From: a virus
Taxonomy: Duplodnaviria; Caudoviricetes
Strand: one strand, 5' to 3'
IMG/VR virus record: IMGVR_UViG_3300033150_001531
Coordinates: 276 to 64,275 of that record
Length of the DNA: 64,000 nucleotides
The notes below the pieces were generated by a model. It was not told the DNA's origin. It searched no databases and saw only the letters and a program-made list of their open reading frames with translations. Below, in pieces: positions 9,691 to 19,093 of the stretch (the first letter of the stretch is position 1; the number at the start of each line of letters is the position of its first letter). Both the position numbers and the translations under genes were made by a program.

Positions 9691-9722
9691 AATTCTCAAA
9701 AAAGTTCTCGGAGAAACCTAAA

Positions 9723-10295
9723 ATGAGAAAAAATTTAACAAAATACACCTGTTATAAATTAGTTAGATACGATAAAAAATCGAATAAATTCTTTAGTTCA
9801 ACATTTTCTGGAACATCCGCAATAGAATATAAATTATATGAATTACAAAGAGCTCCCAGAAATACTATGGGATTTTTTGTTTATAAATCTTTAGAAGATT
9901 TAAATTTAGCAAATGACGATTGTAAAACTCAACAACATATAGAAGAAATTAAAAATCCTGAAAATTTTGAATTTAAAGAAAATTTTCTTGATCTAGACTA
10001 TAGAGAGTATAGACCCCGCTATTATATTATGGAATGTAAATGCTCTAAATTTTGGAAACCTTCAACAATTTTAAACACTCATGTTCTTAGCGATTGGCGA
10101 GCTGGAAAATGCTCTTTAAAATATCTTTTAGCTTCAAGGAAAGATATTAAGTTAGTCAAAAATGAGAAGAATAACGAATTCTTTTATACAAGTAAGATAG
10201 CTTGGTTGTTTCCATTAACATTATTAAAGAATTATCCAAAATTTAAACCTTATTGCGTATATTTTATTAGACCTGTGAAAATTTTTATTTATTAA
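9723..10295 (+). CDS. paralogue 3 of CYK/GFFVY/ECxCSK family
   Basis: CYKLV...NTMGFFVYKSLEDL...IMECKCSKFW...RPVKI. Confidence 0.8.
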   Translation: MRKNLTKYTCYKLVRYDKKSNKFFSSTFSGTSAIEYKLYELQRAPRNTMGFFVYKSLEDLNLANDDCKTQQHIEEIKNPENFEFKENFLDLDYREYRPRYYIMECKCSKFWKPSTILNTHVLSDWRAGKCSLKYLLASRKDIKLVKNEKNNEFFYTSKIAWLFPLTLLKNYPKFKPYCVYFIRPVKIFIY

Positions 10296-10306
10296 AATAT
10301 TAAAAA

Positions 10307-10849
10307 ATGAAGAAAAACAAAAACAACTATTCTCCCCTCTTCAAAGATACACTAAAATTATATGTTGTTGATAAAAAACTTCCACAAAAATACATAAATC
10401 TTTATTTAAAATTCGCAGACAAAACTACAGGCGTTTTTTATCAAAAAAACATATTAAAAACACTAATAAATATTGATCCAGATTTTACTTGCGATATTAT
10501 TAAAAATAAGAATAAGAATAAAAATAAGAATAAGAACAACCAAAATCAAAACCTTTTAGTCATTATCAACTCTAGAGGAAATTTCGAAAAATATGGAGCT
10601 AAACAAATAAAATTAAAAAAACTAATCGATAAATTATCAGAAAATGTCTTTCTTGTTTTTTATCATCCTAGTATGAAAAGATTAAAGAAAATTCGTTGTT
10701 ATCTATTAGGTAGTAACATGGTTATTCTTATGACAGAAAAAAAGTATGCGTTTTCTTGTTTCGCTTTCGATCCGTTTGCTTGCGTCGAGGCTTTAAAGGC
10801 TTGTAAGCAAGTCTATTTAGGCGCATCAACGCGTAAGGATAATGATTAA
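10307..10849 (+). CDS. hypothetical protein
   Basis: 180-aa ORF with an (NK)n run. Confidence 0.65.
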   Translation: MKKNKNNYSPLFKDTLKLYVVDKKLPQKYINLYLKFADKTTGVFYQKNILKTLINIDPDFTCDIIKNKNKNKNKNKNNQNQNLLVIINSRGNFEKYGAKQIKLKKLIDKLSENVFLVFYHPSMKRLKKIRCYLLGSNMVILMTEKKYAFSCFAFDPFACVEALKACKQVYLGASTRKDND

Positions 10850-10878
10850 AATTTTATAGACCTTCTAGCTTGAGTAGG

Positions 10879-10905
10879 GCTAAATCGTTGATTTTAAAAG
10901 GGTTA
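10879..10905. promoter_or_regulatory. IHF-like binding site, copy 1 of a shared 27-bp motif
   Basis: Reverse strand reads AATCAACGATTTA, matching the WATCAANNNNTTR consensus; 22/27 identical to 19758-19784. Confidence 0.55.
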
Positions 10906-10953
10906 GCTGCCTCCTGGAGGCCTCCTGGGGCTTTGATGAAAACGAAAAAATAC

Positions 10954-10982
10954 TTGACAAACGTCTAAAAGTGTGCTACTAT
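10954..10982 (+). promoter_or_regulatory. strong sigma70 promoter with extended -10
   Basis: TTGACA-17 bp-TACTAT with TG at -15/-14. Confidence 0.85.
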
Positions 10983-11070
10983 ACATTCATAATTAAGTGG
11001 AAGTAAGAAAAAAATACTTCCAAATATTAATTTTATTCACTTATTTTAATTTTTTTTAAGGAGTCAAAAA

Positions 11071-11487
11071 ATGGAAATGGAACTGGAAACGAACAGTTAC
11101 GAAGATGAAGAATTTGAAAATGAAGAAGAAAGAGAAGAAGAAAAGGAGAAAAGAGAAAAAGAACCTCTCGTCTACAACGATCAAGGAATCGCAGTTATTT
11201 CAGTCGAGGTAAAATCAAAGAAACAGGTCCTTGGAACCGTTGATGTAGAACAGTTTCGAGATGTGAATTCTGCGATTCGCTTTTTCGACGAAAAGACAAA
11301 AAATCGCGGGGCTGAAGTCGTTCTTGGCATGATTAACGCAAGCTACCGTGTAAAACAGACTAACGATTTTCGAAATGCAAAGACCAAGAAAGTTTCGCCG
11401 CTTACGATCTTGAGGAAGAAATTAAAGGGCGGCGACGAAGAAGCCCAGGCAAAATTTCGGGCTCTTTGTGAAGAGTTGGGAATCTAA
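11071..11487 (+). CDS. hypothetical protein, apparently monocistronic and highly expressed
   Basis: TAAGGAG SD, own promoter and terminator; acidic N-terminus, basic helical C-terminus. Confidence 0.8.
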   Translation: MEMELETNSYEDEEFENEEEREEEKEKREKEPLVYNDQGIAVISVEVKSKKQVLGTVDVEQFRDVNSAIRFFDEKTKNRGAEVVLGMINASYRVKQTNDFRNAKTKKVSPLTILRKKLKGGDEEAQAKFRALCEELGI

Positions 11488-11519
11488 TTTATTAGCATAC
11501 AACTCTCCCAAAAGCAAAG

Positions 11520-11560
11520 ACAGCAGGAAGTTTATTGATAAACTTCCTGCTGTTTTAATT
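11520..11560 (+). terminator. intrinsic terminator
   Basis: 16-bp inverted repeat ACAGCAGGAAGTTTAT/ATAAACTTCCTGCTGT followed by a T-run. Confidence 0.85.
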
Positions 11561-11602
11561 TTAATTTTAATTTAATTTAATTTAATTTTTCTAAGCAAAA
11601 AA

Positions 11603-11779
11603 ATGACAAAAGTTTTCGAAGTTAGAAGTATAGATTTTATCTTAGCTTTAAGAAGAGAAAACTTAGCTAAAAAATATGCTGAAAGCATTTATTTGAGAGA
11701 GAAAAGAGAAAATTATGTTAGACAATCTAGAGAGAGAAATCTCGAAGAAAGAAGAGGAAGAAGCAAAAAAGAAGATTAA
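11603..11779 (+). CDS. small basic hypothetical protein (58 aa, not in ORF track)
   Basis: Hand translation MTKVFEVRSIDFILALRREN...RSKKED. Confidence 0.4.
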   Translation: MTKVFEVRSIDFILALRRENLAKKYAESIYLREKRENYVRQSRERNLEERRGRSKKED

Positions 11780-12155
11780 AAACAAAACAAAGATTAAAAT
11801 CTTTGAATTTAAAAAAAAAGAAGAAAAAAGAAGAGGAGAAAGAGAAAAAGAAAGAGAAAAACATTATCTACTTCTTGTCGGTTTGCCCCCAGTAAAACTA
11901 AACAACACAGATATTAGCAAAACGCAAAAAATCCTCACTAGAGTTTTAGCCCCACTACATGAAAAGAAAATAAATCTTGCAGTTCTCACCTGCAATGTTG
12001 ATTTACTAGATTCTATTTCCTTGCGGGAAGTTGATGCAGAAATGTATCAAGTTCTACAAAAAGTTAGTAACATGGAAAAAGAACTTGGTAATTTTTTCTC
12101 CCTCAATTCTGAATCTGAATCTAAGTCTGAATCTGAAATAAAAGATAAAAAATAA
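11715..12155 (+). CDS. hypothetical protein
   Basis: Co-oriented ORF; start uncertain. Confidence 0.55.
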   Translation: MLDNLEREISKKEEEEAKKKIKNKTKIKIFEFKKKEEKRRGEREKEREKHYLLLVGLPPVKLNNTDISKTQKILTRVLAPLHEKKINLAVLTCNVDLLDSISLREVDAEMYQVLQKVSNMEKELGNFFSLNSESESKSESEIKDKK

Positions 12156-12157
12156 GA

Positions 12158-12192
12158 AATAAAGAATAAAGAATAAAGAATAAAGAATAAAG
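12158..12192 (+). repeat. 5 x heptamer AATAAAG
   Basis: Read directly. Confidence 0.9.
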
Positions 12193-12208
12193 ATAAGGAT
12201 TTAAAAGA

Positions 12209-12430
12209 ATGAATTGCCCAAATTGCGGAGGCGATAAGGTTGTTTTAACTTCAAATTTGGTATTCAATAGGGTATTTCTGCAGGATAAAGAATCTGAGCT
12301 TGAATCTAAATCTAAAATTAAATCTAAAGTTAAATCTAAACCCAAACTAAAATATCTCCATTGTTTATCATGCTTAAGTATTTTTAATCTAGAATACGAA
12401 AAATTTGTTGAAAGTACACTGGAGAAGTAA
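12209..12430 (+). CDS. small zinc-ribbon protein
   Basis: CPNCGG...CLSC. Confidence 0.65.
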   Translation: MNCPNCGGDKVVLTSNLVFNRVFLQDKESELESKSKIKSKVKSKPKLKYLHCLSCLSIFNLEYEKFVESTLEK

Positions 12431-12433
12431 CTT

Positions 12434-12784
12434 ATGAGTGCCCTTACAAAACACAAAAAGCAATTAAACACACCCAAAGAAACCTACGATTTATTTGTAT
12501 CTTATAAGATAAAACCAAGAGGCGACGAACCTTTACTTAAAGAACTAACATACAAAAATTATCGAATCCTTTTTTGGAAACGCGTAATAAAAACAAATGT
12601 AGATTTAAATACAAGTTTACGATTTTGTATGAATTATATTCACGAACGTGTTCACAAAATCGAAGCCAAAAACGTAATGTATCATATTGTTAAAACATCT
12701 TTAGTAAATGATCCAATGGATATTTTAAAAGAGAGATTTAAAGATGAGTTCAGAAATAAAAACAAAAACGAAAATGAAAAATAA
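12434..12784 (+). CDS. hypothetical protein
   Basis: GGAG upstream; co-oriented. Confidence 0.65.
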   Translation: MSALTKHKKQLNTPKETYDLFVSYKIKPRGDEPLLKELTYKNYRILFWKRVIKTNVDLNTSLRFCMNYIHERVHKIEAKNVMYHIVKTSLVNDPMDILKERFKDEFRNKNKNENEK

Positions 12785-13352
12785 ACTAAAACTAAAATAT
12801 AAATGTTTCAAGGTAGTTTATAACCCAGAACCCTTTGAATTTTATTCATCTCACACAGATTTAGGAGAAGTACAATATAATCTAAACGAAGAACATTATG
12901 CTTCAGAAGTTGGTTTTCTAGTCTTTAAAAACTACTCAGATGCTTATAGATTTGCTATCGCAAGCGCAAGCACAGAAGATGATTTTACTTATGCAATCTT
13001 AGAATCTAAATGTTCAAAACTACGCCCAATCAAAATACTTTTTAAAGAGAGTTTAAGATGCGGAGAATTACCCATAATAAAATATGAAAAGAAGAAAAAC
13101 GAAATTCACGCAGTCTCACCAGAATTTTGCATAAATTTATCAAATTCCTCCCAGTATATTCTGCCAGCAGAATACTACGTAAATGAAATATTTAGTACTC
13201 CCCCGGGGACATACAGTACGTATAAACTCAAGCCTATTAAATTGAAAGCTAGAATTTATAGATCACAAAGTACATATAATATCTGTATAGAAACTTTTAC
13301 GCCGATTGATGTAGAACAATTTTTTCCAAAAGCGAGTAAGTATAATGACTGA
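12744..13352 (+). CDS. paralogue 4 of CYK/GFFVY/ECxCSK family
   Basis: CFKVV...GFLVFKNY...ILESKCSKLRPI...KPIKL. Confidence 0.78.
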   Translation: MSSEIKTKTKMKNKLKLKYKCFKVVYNPEPFEFYSSHTDLGEVQYNLNEEHYASEVGFLVFKNYSDAYRFAIASASTEDDFTYAILESKCSKLRPIKILFKESLRCGELPIIKYEKKKNEIHAVSPEFCINLSNSSQYILPAEYYVNEIFSTPPGTYSTYKLKPIKLKARIYRSQSTYNICIETFTPIDVEQFFPKASKYND

Positions 13353-13413
13353 AAAATTTAAATTAAAAAACACCTGTTAAAATGACTAAATTAAAAAAAA
13401 GAGAGATTTAAAG

Positions 13414-14001
13414 ATGAAAACAAAAACGAAAACGAAAACGAAAACGAAACAACCAAATATTAAATTAAAACTCAAAAACGAATGCTTCAAAGTAGTTTAT
13501 CAACCAAAACCAACTGGATTACAAACACAAAACGATATTTATTATTCCGCAATCACAAAATATCATACACAAAAATACATAATAAATAAACTTATCCGCG
13601 CTAATGAAGCAGGATTTTTAGTCTTTAAAAACTTTGGTCTTGCTTATAACTTCGCATTAAATTACACCCGATTTAATCGTGATTTTTTTATTTTAGAATG
13701 TGAATGTTCTAACCTAAGACCAATTTATCATCTTCTTAAAGAACATACTAGATTAAAACTAGGTGAAAAAGTTAAATATGTTAAAACTAAAGAAGAAATT
13801 TTTGCTCAAATAGAAGATTCTCTAATAAATTTATCAGTACCTTCTCCAATTATAATACCGAAAAACTTTTGTAATAGCTTTTTCTCCGTAGCACCTGGCT
13901 TTTTCAGTACATATTATTTAAAACCTATTAGATGCGCAATTTACTTTTCTGTATTACCAAAACGCGTTGGTATTACTGCACGATTTTGTAGAAACTCATG
14001 A
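13414..14001 (+). CDS. paralogue 5 of CYK/GFFVY/ECxCSK family
   Basis: CFKVV...GFLVFKNF...ILECECSNLRPI...KPIRC. Confidence 0.78.
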   Translation: MKTKTKTKTKTKQPNIKLKLKNECFKVVYQPKPTGLQTQNDIYYSAITKYHTQKYIINKLIRANEAGFLVFKNFGLAYNFALNYTRFNRDFFILECECSNLRPIYHLLKEHTRLKLGEKVKYVKTKEEIFAQIEDSLINLSVPSPIIIPKNFCNSFFSVAPGFFSTYYLKPIRCAIYFSVLPKRVGITARFCRNS

Positions 14002-14034
14002 AGATACACAAGATTTTAGAATTAAAATAAGAAG

Positions 14035-15765
14035 GTGTTTATGAAAGAAGAAAAATCAAACATTATAGAAATCGACCCCAAACTATTACTCTCTCTTAAT
14101 ATGATGGGTTTTGGGAAAATTTTATCTGAGCGTTTAGTTGAATTTTATGGAGAAGAAAAACTAAAGAAAATATTATCAACAAATATCTACCAGATTGTAG
14201 AAGTTGAAGGAATTAGTTTTGGCAGAGTAGATAAAGCAGCTAGCATTTTAAATTACGATAAAAATGATGAGAGAAGACAAAAAGCAGCCATCTTATATGT
14301 TTTAACCAACGCCCAAAATTACGGTCATACTTATCTTCCTAAATTTCTTATTCGAAAAGAGTTAAAAAAATTAAAAATTTATCTCAAAGATTTAAATAAA
14401 ATTCTTGAAGAGTTAGAAGAAGAGAGAAAAATTGTTGTTGCTGAGGGAGAGAGATTTTATATTTATTGGTTAGAACATATGGAAGCACAAACTTCAAGTA
14501 TAATTGAAGAGAGAGGAAAATTTAAAAATAATTTAAGAATTAAATACGAGATTCCAGAATATTTCGACGAATCTCAAAAAGCAGCAGTTAAAAAACTTTT
14601 AAAAGGTGAAAACATCAGCATTTTAACTGGAGGCCCAGGCACAGGCAAAACAACAATAACGAAATTTATTTGTGAAACTCTTAAAAATAATACTTTAAAT
14701 TTTAAACTTTGCGCCCCGACCGGTAAAGCTGCAAAAAGACTAGAAGAAGCTACCAATGAAAAAGCTCAAACAATTCACAGACTTTTCAAAGCTGGAATGT
14801 TTGGGCAGTGGCATTACAATAAGAATAATAAATATCGAAACCTTGATTATTTAATCATTGACGAAAGTTCAATGTTAAATGTGAATTTAGTTTATCGATT
14901 TTTACAAGCTCTAGAATTAAAAACTAGAATTATCTTCATAGGAGACATTTTTCAACTTCCTCCAATCGGCCCGGGCTTCTTCTTAAGAGATTTAATTAAA
15001 ACTAAAAAATTCCCTACAGCATACCTAACAACAAACCATCGTCAAGGCCCTGGTAGTGTTATTGCAAATAATGCACTTGCAATAAATCGTGCAAAATTTA
15101 ATGTAAATTTAAAATTCAACGATACAGATATGCAATACGTCGAATGCAAATCTCCGATTGAAATTCGAGAGAAAATTTTAGGAGAAATCGATAAACTCCT
15201 TGTAGATTTTTCCCCAGACGACATACAAGTTTTAAGCCCGCAAAGAACTACATCCGTTGGTGTTGAAGAGTTGAACACACTCTTAAGATTTCATTTAAAT
15301 CCACTTGCAAAAGCGAAAAAATTAGGTTTAAAGGGTTTCTGCAAAAACGACAGAGTTATGCAAACTATAAATGATTATTCTTTGGGGATTTTTAACGGTT
15401 TTGTTGGTAGAATTATTAAAGATTTAGGAAATGTTTTTGAAATTAACTTCTTTGACTACGAAAATATAATGTATCCTAAAGAGAAAATGAGTGCCCTTAC
15501 TCATGCTTATGCTTGTACTGTGCACAAATTTCAAGGCAGCGAAGTTAAAGCAGGAATTATAATAATTTCCTCATCCCACACATTTATGCTGACGCGAAAT
15601 CTTCTTTATACTGCAATGACGCGATTTAAAGAAAAGTGTGTATTTATGGGAGATAGAATGGCAATAGCGCGGGCTATAAATAACACTAAAGAACAAAAAA
15701 GATATTCTTATCTTTATGAAAGGTTAGTTGAAGAAGATGAATTTTTTACTAGGAGAACTCCATAA
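14035..15765 (+). CDS. recD2: RecD2-like SF1B helicase
   Basis: N-terminal HhH region (GISFGRVDKAA), TGGPGTGKTT, APTGKAAKRL, IIDESSM, GDIFQLPPIG, TVHKFQGSE, RNLLYTAMTR. Confidence 0.93.
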   Translation: MFMKEEKSNIIEIDPKLLLSLNMMGFGKILSERLVEFYGEEKLKKILSTNIYQIVEVEGISFGRVDKAASILNYDKNDERRQKAAILYVLTNAQNYGHTYLPKFLIRKELKKLKIYLKDLNKILEELEEERKIVVAEGERFYIYWLEHMEAQTSSIIEERGKFKNNLRIKYEIPEYFDESQKAAVKKLLKGENISILTGGPGTGKTTITKFICETLKNNTLNFKLCAPTGKAAKRLEEATNEKAQTIHRLFKAGMFGQWHYNKNNKYRNLDYLIIDESSMLNVNLVYRFLQALELKTRIIFIGDIFQLPPIGPGFFLRDLIKTKKFPTAYLTTNHRQGPGSVIANNALAINRAKFNVNLKFNDTDMQYVECKSPIEIREKILGEIDKLLVDFSPDDIQVLSPQRTTSVGVEELNTLLRFHLNPLAKAKKLGLKGFCKNDRVMQTINDYSLGIFNGFVGRIIKDLGNVFEINFFDYENIMYPKEKMSALTHAYACTVHKFQGSEVKAGIIIISSSHTFMLTRNLLYTAMTRFKEKCVFMGDRMAIARAINNTKEQKRYSYLYERLVEEDEFFTRRTP

Positions 15766-15998
15766 TGAGCTTCTTTGCTTTCTTTTTAACTTACGGCGCT
15801 ATAGGTGCTATTCTTGGAGAGTTGCTTTTGTTATTTTTGGATAAAAAATACGGTATAGACTCTCTTAATAAAGATGATGCTTCAAAAGTTTTATTTGTCT
15901 TGATTTTATTTGGCCCTTTTTGGTGGATTATAATATGTTTTCTGCTTTCCTGCTTGTATTTTTGGATTTGGAAGATGAAGATGAAGATTAGGAGATGA
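15765..15998 (+). CDS. small two-TM membrane protein
   Basis: Two hydrophobic segments; AGGAG upstream. Confidence 0.6.
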   Translation: MSFFAFFLTYGAIGAILGELLLLFLDKKYGIDSLNKDDASKVLFVLILFGPFWWIIICFLLSCLYFWIWKMKMKIRR

Positions 15999-16001
15999 AA
16001 A

Positions 16002-16127
16002 ATGTCTGTGACTGAAAATTTCTTAGAAGACATTAAAAAAGTGGTTAATGCTGAAGAAGTTGAAAGTGTTGTTATCGGTGAAATGGGCTGGGGAGATTAT
16101 AGAAAAGAATTAGTTCCACCTTCTTAA
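16002..16127 (+). pseudogene. 41-aa ORF, possibly a truncated gene remnant
   Basis: AGGAG upstream; MSVTENF...VVIGEMGWGDYRKELVPPS, then an abrupt stop. Confidence 0.3.
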
Positions 16128-16160
16128 GATTTCATTTAAATTAATTAAGGAAAAATCACA

Positions 16161-16400
16161 ATGAATATTGATGGAGAAATGACTTTTTTTGAAGAGGAAA
16201 AGCAAGCAGAAATCGCAAAGATATTGTTGGAGCGTGTAACTAAAAGACCTCATCCTTATTTTACCAGGGGTCAATATGTTCAGGTCTGTGGAGCATGGTT
16301 TCAGGTGAAACTAATTCTAAAAGACAGAATGGTGTTAATACCAATGAGTGATAAAATGGCCGAAGTGCTGAACCAAAAACAGCATGAAAAAAGGAGCTAA
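16161..16400 (+). CDS. hypothetical protein
   Basis: ORF after TAAGGA. Confidence 0.6.
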   Translation: MNIDGEMTFFEEEKQAEIAKILLERVTKRPHPYFTRGQYVQVCGAWFQVKLILKDRMVLIPMSDKMAEVLNQKQHEKRS

Positions 16401-16473
16401 GAAAGTACCAGATCCATCTAGTGAGCACAATCTTTTAATCGTGAAGAATAAAAAAAGAACATAAGAGAAGATA

Positions 16474-16926
16474 ATGCAATTAAATTACACTTGTTATAAA
16501 TTAGTGTTAGTTTATCGAACAAATCCATTAGTTTTTAGGTCTGCTATTCTACATCCGAAGTCCAAATTATCAATACAATATCAATTAGATAAAATATCAC
16601 GGAATAAACCAGGCTTTCCGGGGATATTTGTATACATACAATGCCCAAAGAATCTCAGTACTAGTAAATTATGGAGAACAGGCGCAGTCCTAAAGTGCAA
16701 ATGTTCTAAGCCTCAACCTTTGATTGATTATTTTTCTTTGCGTAATCTCAGGAATCTTGAAAAAGATCACGTAAAAATTCGCAAAATGGCATCGCATTTT
16801 GATTGTAAAAGGACAAAAGACTATGTACAGATAATACCGCAGAATTATGCAGTAGTCAGAGATAGTCATTTTGTTGTTGAATATTTAATGCCGGTTGAAG
16901 TTGTTGGTTATTCGGTTTTATTATAA
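16474..16926 (+). CDS. paralogue 6 of CYK/GFFVY/ECxCSK family
   Basis: CYKLV...PGIFVY...VLKCKCSKP...VEYLMPVEV. Confidence 0.78.
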   Translation: MQLNYTCYKLVLVYRTNPLVFRSAILHPKSKLSIQYQLDKISRNKPGFPGIFVYIQCPKNLSTSKLWRTGAVLKCKCSKPQPLIDYFSLRNLRNLEKDHVKIRKMASHFDCKRTKDYVQIIPQNYAVVRDSHFVVEYLMPVEVVGYSVLL

Positions 16927-16961
16927 GCTTTTGTAGATAAAGAAAGGAGAAAAAAAAGAAA

Positions 16962-17489
16962 ATGAAATTAAATTACAAATGTTATAAAGAAGTAATACTT
17001 TACAAGAAAAATCCTCTAACTTTTGCATCTGCACACGCAAAATCAAGCTCGAAATTTTCAATAAAATATCAATTAGGAAAAATATCCCGTAACAAGCCTC
17101 ATCTTCCAGGCATGTTTATTTATAAAGATTGCCCAGATCAGCTTCATTTTCCTGGAGAAAGCAAAGACCTTCTTATACATCATTTATCTACTAAAGAATA
17201 TGAATATGCTACACTAATTTTAGAATGTCAATGTTCAAAATTAAAGAAAATATCAGCTGTATTAGACCTCTATTCTTTGTATTTATTAAATTCCACTATA
17301 AAAAATCTCGGGGAAGTAAAGAATTATATAAATTATCAAGAGCAAAAGTTTGAAAATGAATGGTGTATGATGTTTAGTATTTATTCTACTTTCCTTAAAA
17401 ACCGAATAAAGTTTTATCATGACTATAAGGATTACGTAGTAGAATATTTAAAACCTATAAGAATTGTTGGGATTAAAAAAGATTATTAA
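16962..17489 (+). CDS. paralogue 7 of CYK/GFFVY/ECxCSK family
   Basis: CYKEV...PGMFIY...ILECQCSKL...VEYLKPIRI. Confidence 0.8.
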   Translation: MKLNYKCYKEVILYKKNPLTFASAHAKSSSKFSIKYQLGKISRNKPHLPGMFIYKDCPDQLHFPGESKDLLIHHLSTKEYEYATLILECQCSKLKKISAVLDLYSLYLLNSTIKNLGEVKNYINYQEQKFENEWCMMFSIYSTFLKNRIKFYHDYKDYVVEYLKPIRIVGIKKDY

Positions 17490-17507
17490 TTTAAGAAAGA
17501 TAAATGA

Positions 17508-18038
17508 ATGTTGAAATTAAATTACAAATGTTATAAAGAAGTTATTTTATATAAAAAAGAACCATCGGCTTTTTTTTCTTTAGTCATTAATAAAGATTCG
17601 AGATTTTCAATAAAATATCAACTAGGAAAAATCTCAAGGAATAAGCCTTATATGCCTGGAATTTTTATTTATCCTGACTGGATATCATGTTTTTATAATA
17701 ATAATAAGGTTAAAATATCTATGGAAGATTTTTTAGCTGATGGGCCAGAAATTTTTATAGTAGGTTTAGAATGTGAATGTTCAAAGCCAAAAAGATTGAC
17801 GAATAGACTAGAATTATTTTATATACAAAGTGTAATTCAACATGTAAAAAACTTCGCAACAATAAAACAACATATAAGTTATAAAAAGTGGAAAATAGGA
17901 AACTCTTGGTATATGTCAATGGATATTCATCCCTTTAATCATATATGTGCAGTAACAGTTGGCTCCTCAATTTCTAACTTGCTTCGTGTGGTGGAGTATT
18001 TAAGGCCTGTAAGAATTGTTAGAGTAAAAGAGTTTTGA
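17508..18038 (+). CDS. paralogue 8 of CYK/GFFVY/ECxCSK family
   Basis: CYKEV...PGIFIY...GLECECSKP...VEYLRPVRI. Confidence 0.8.
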   Translation: MLKLNYKCYKEVILYKKEPSAFFSLVINKDSRFSIKYQLGKISRNKPYMPGIFIYPDWISCFYNNNKVKISMEDFLADGPEIFIVGLECECSKPKRLTNRLELFYIQSVIQHVKNFATIKQHISYKKWKIGNSWYMSMDIHPFNHICAVTVGSSISNLLRVVEYLRPVRIVRVKEF

Positions 18039-18096
18039 AATAAGGAGATATAACGAAGATCTAAATATTGCTGGGAAAGTTTAAAGGAGAAAAGAA

Positions 18097-18351
18097 ATGA
18101 GAATAATTTTAAAACCCAACGACAAGGACAAGCATATGATCGAAATATGGGACATGGAAGGTAATCTGTTTGCCGCGGTTCATGTTGATCTTTTTTATGA
18201 TTCGCATGAGAGCGGAGGAGATTTATATGCTGTATTAGATGGCGGTGAGAGTATAGCTGTATCGTTGAAGATTGACGAATTTAATCCAAGCTTTATTGAG
18301 CCGAGATCCGATTACCAAGGGAGAAGGAATTATGACCAAAGAACTAATTAA
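18097..18351 (+). CDS. hypothetical protein
   Basis: AAGGAG SD. Confidence 0.6.
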   Translation: MRIILKPNDKDKHMIEIWDMEGNLFAAVHVDLFYDSHESGGDLYAVLDGGESIAVSLKIDEFNPSFIEPRSDYQGRRNYDQRTN

Positions 18352-18700
18352 GCCGTGCCCATTCTGCGGGACTGTTCCAACAAAAGTAGAGAGCCTGTAT
18401 TATCCATATTCTCTGGAATGTGTTTGCTACGCTGTGAGATGCCCTAAAGAAGATTGCACCGGAAATTCAGATCCAGAAAGAATATGGCAGACTTCTAGAA
18501 AGAATGCAATAAAAGCATGGAACACGAGAAAGTATCCGAACAAAGTTTATGTAGTTCTTGAGGGCGATGGATACGAATGTAGCTGGCCTATCGCGGTATT
18601 GACTGACAAAGAAAAAGCGGAAGCCCAAAAGTTGAAATTAGATAAGCGAATAGTGAGAATAGAAGAATTTTTACTAGACGAGGAAGATAAAGAAAAATAA
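18332..18700 (+). CDS. Lar-family restriction-alleviation-like zinc-finger protein
   Basis: KPCPFCG...YAVRC..C...NAIKAWNTR; start reassigned to the ATG at 18332 after AAGGA. Confidence 0.75.
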   Translation: MTKELIKPCPFCGTVPTKVESLYYPYSLECVCYAVRCPKEDCTGNSDPERIWQTSRKNAIKAWNTRKYPNKVYVVLEGDGYECSWPIAVLTDKEKAEAQKLKLDKRIVRIEEFLLDEEDKEK

Positions 18701-18790
18701 CGTATGTTGGGTATTGGGATGATGGATTATCATTTATAGGTAGACATAATCCCGACGAGTAGGCCGAGATCAGATTATTAGAGGTGAAAA

Positions 18791-19093
18791 ATGATTGGCC
18801 GTTTCACTAACGGAAAACCACGCATCGCTACAGAATCAGACTGTAAGGCTTTGTGGGGAGGAGGTAAGAATGGGAAATACTTTCGCTGCGGATTCTGCGG
18901 CTACAAATTCAAGCCTGGAGATTGCTGGAGATGGCAATATACCAACGACATCCCTGGAGGTAGTGGAAATCCTATAGTCTGTGAAAATTGTGATGAGGGT
19001 AGCGAAAAGAACAGGGAAAAGTGGAAAGAGAAGTGTGAAGAATTTCGATCTGATAAATGGTGGTGGTTTAGAAGAGGAGAATGGGATGAATGA
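18791..19093 (+). CDS. zinc-finger hypothetical protein
   Basis: FRCGFCG...VCENCD; GAGG SD. Confidence 0.65.
   Translation: MIGRFTNGKPRIATESDCKALWGGGKNGKYFRCGFCGYKFKPGDCWRWQYTNDIPGGSGNPIVCENCDEGSEKNREKWKEKCEEFRSDKWWWFRRGEWDE

Noticed and set aside
9509-9691. 60-aa ORF across the GC island
   Set aside because: P/G/R-rich translation, with composition unlike all other genes; more likely a by-product of GC-rich non-coding DNA.
3962-18038. Diversity-generating retroelement as the source of paralogue variation
   Set aside because: No reverse transcriptase ORF, and no near-identical TR/VR pair differing only at adenines was seen.
18272-18331. ORF-track start of the Lar-like gene (likewise starts at 18981 and 21756)
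   Set aside because: Downstream ATGs at 18332, 19086 and 21816 fit better (SD at the first two) and avoid long overlaps.
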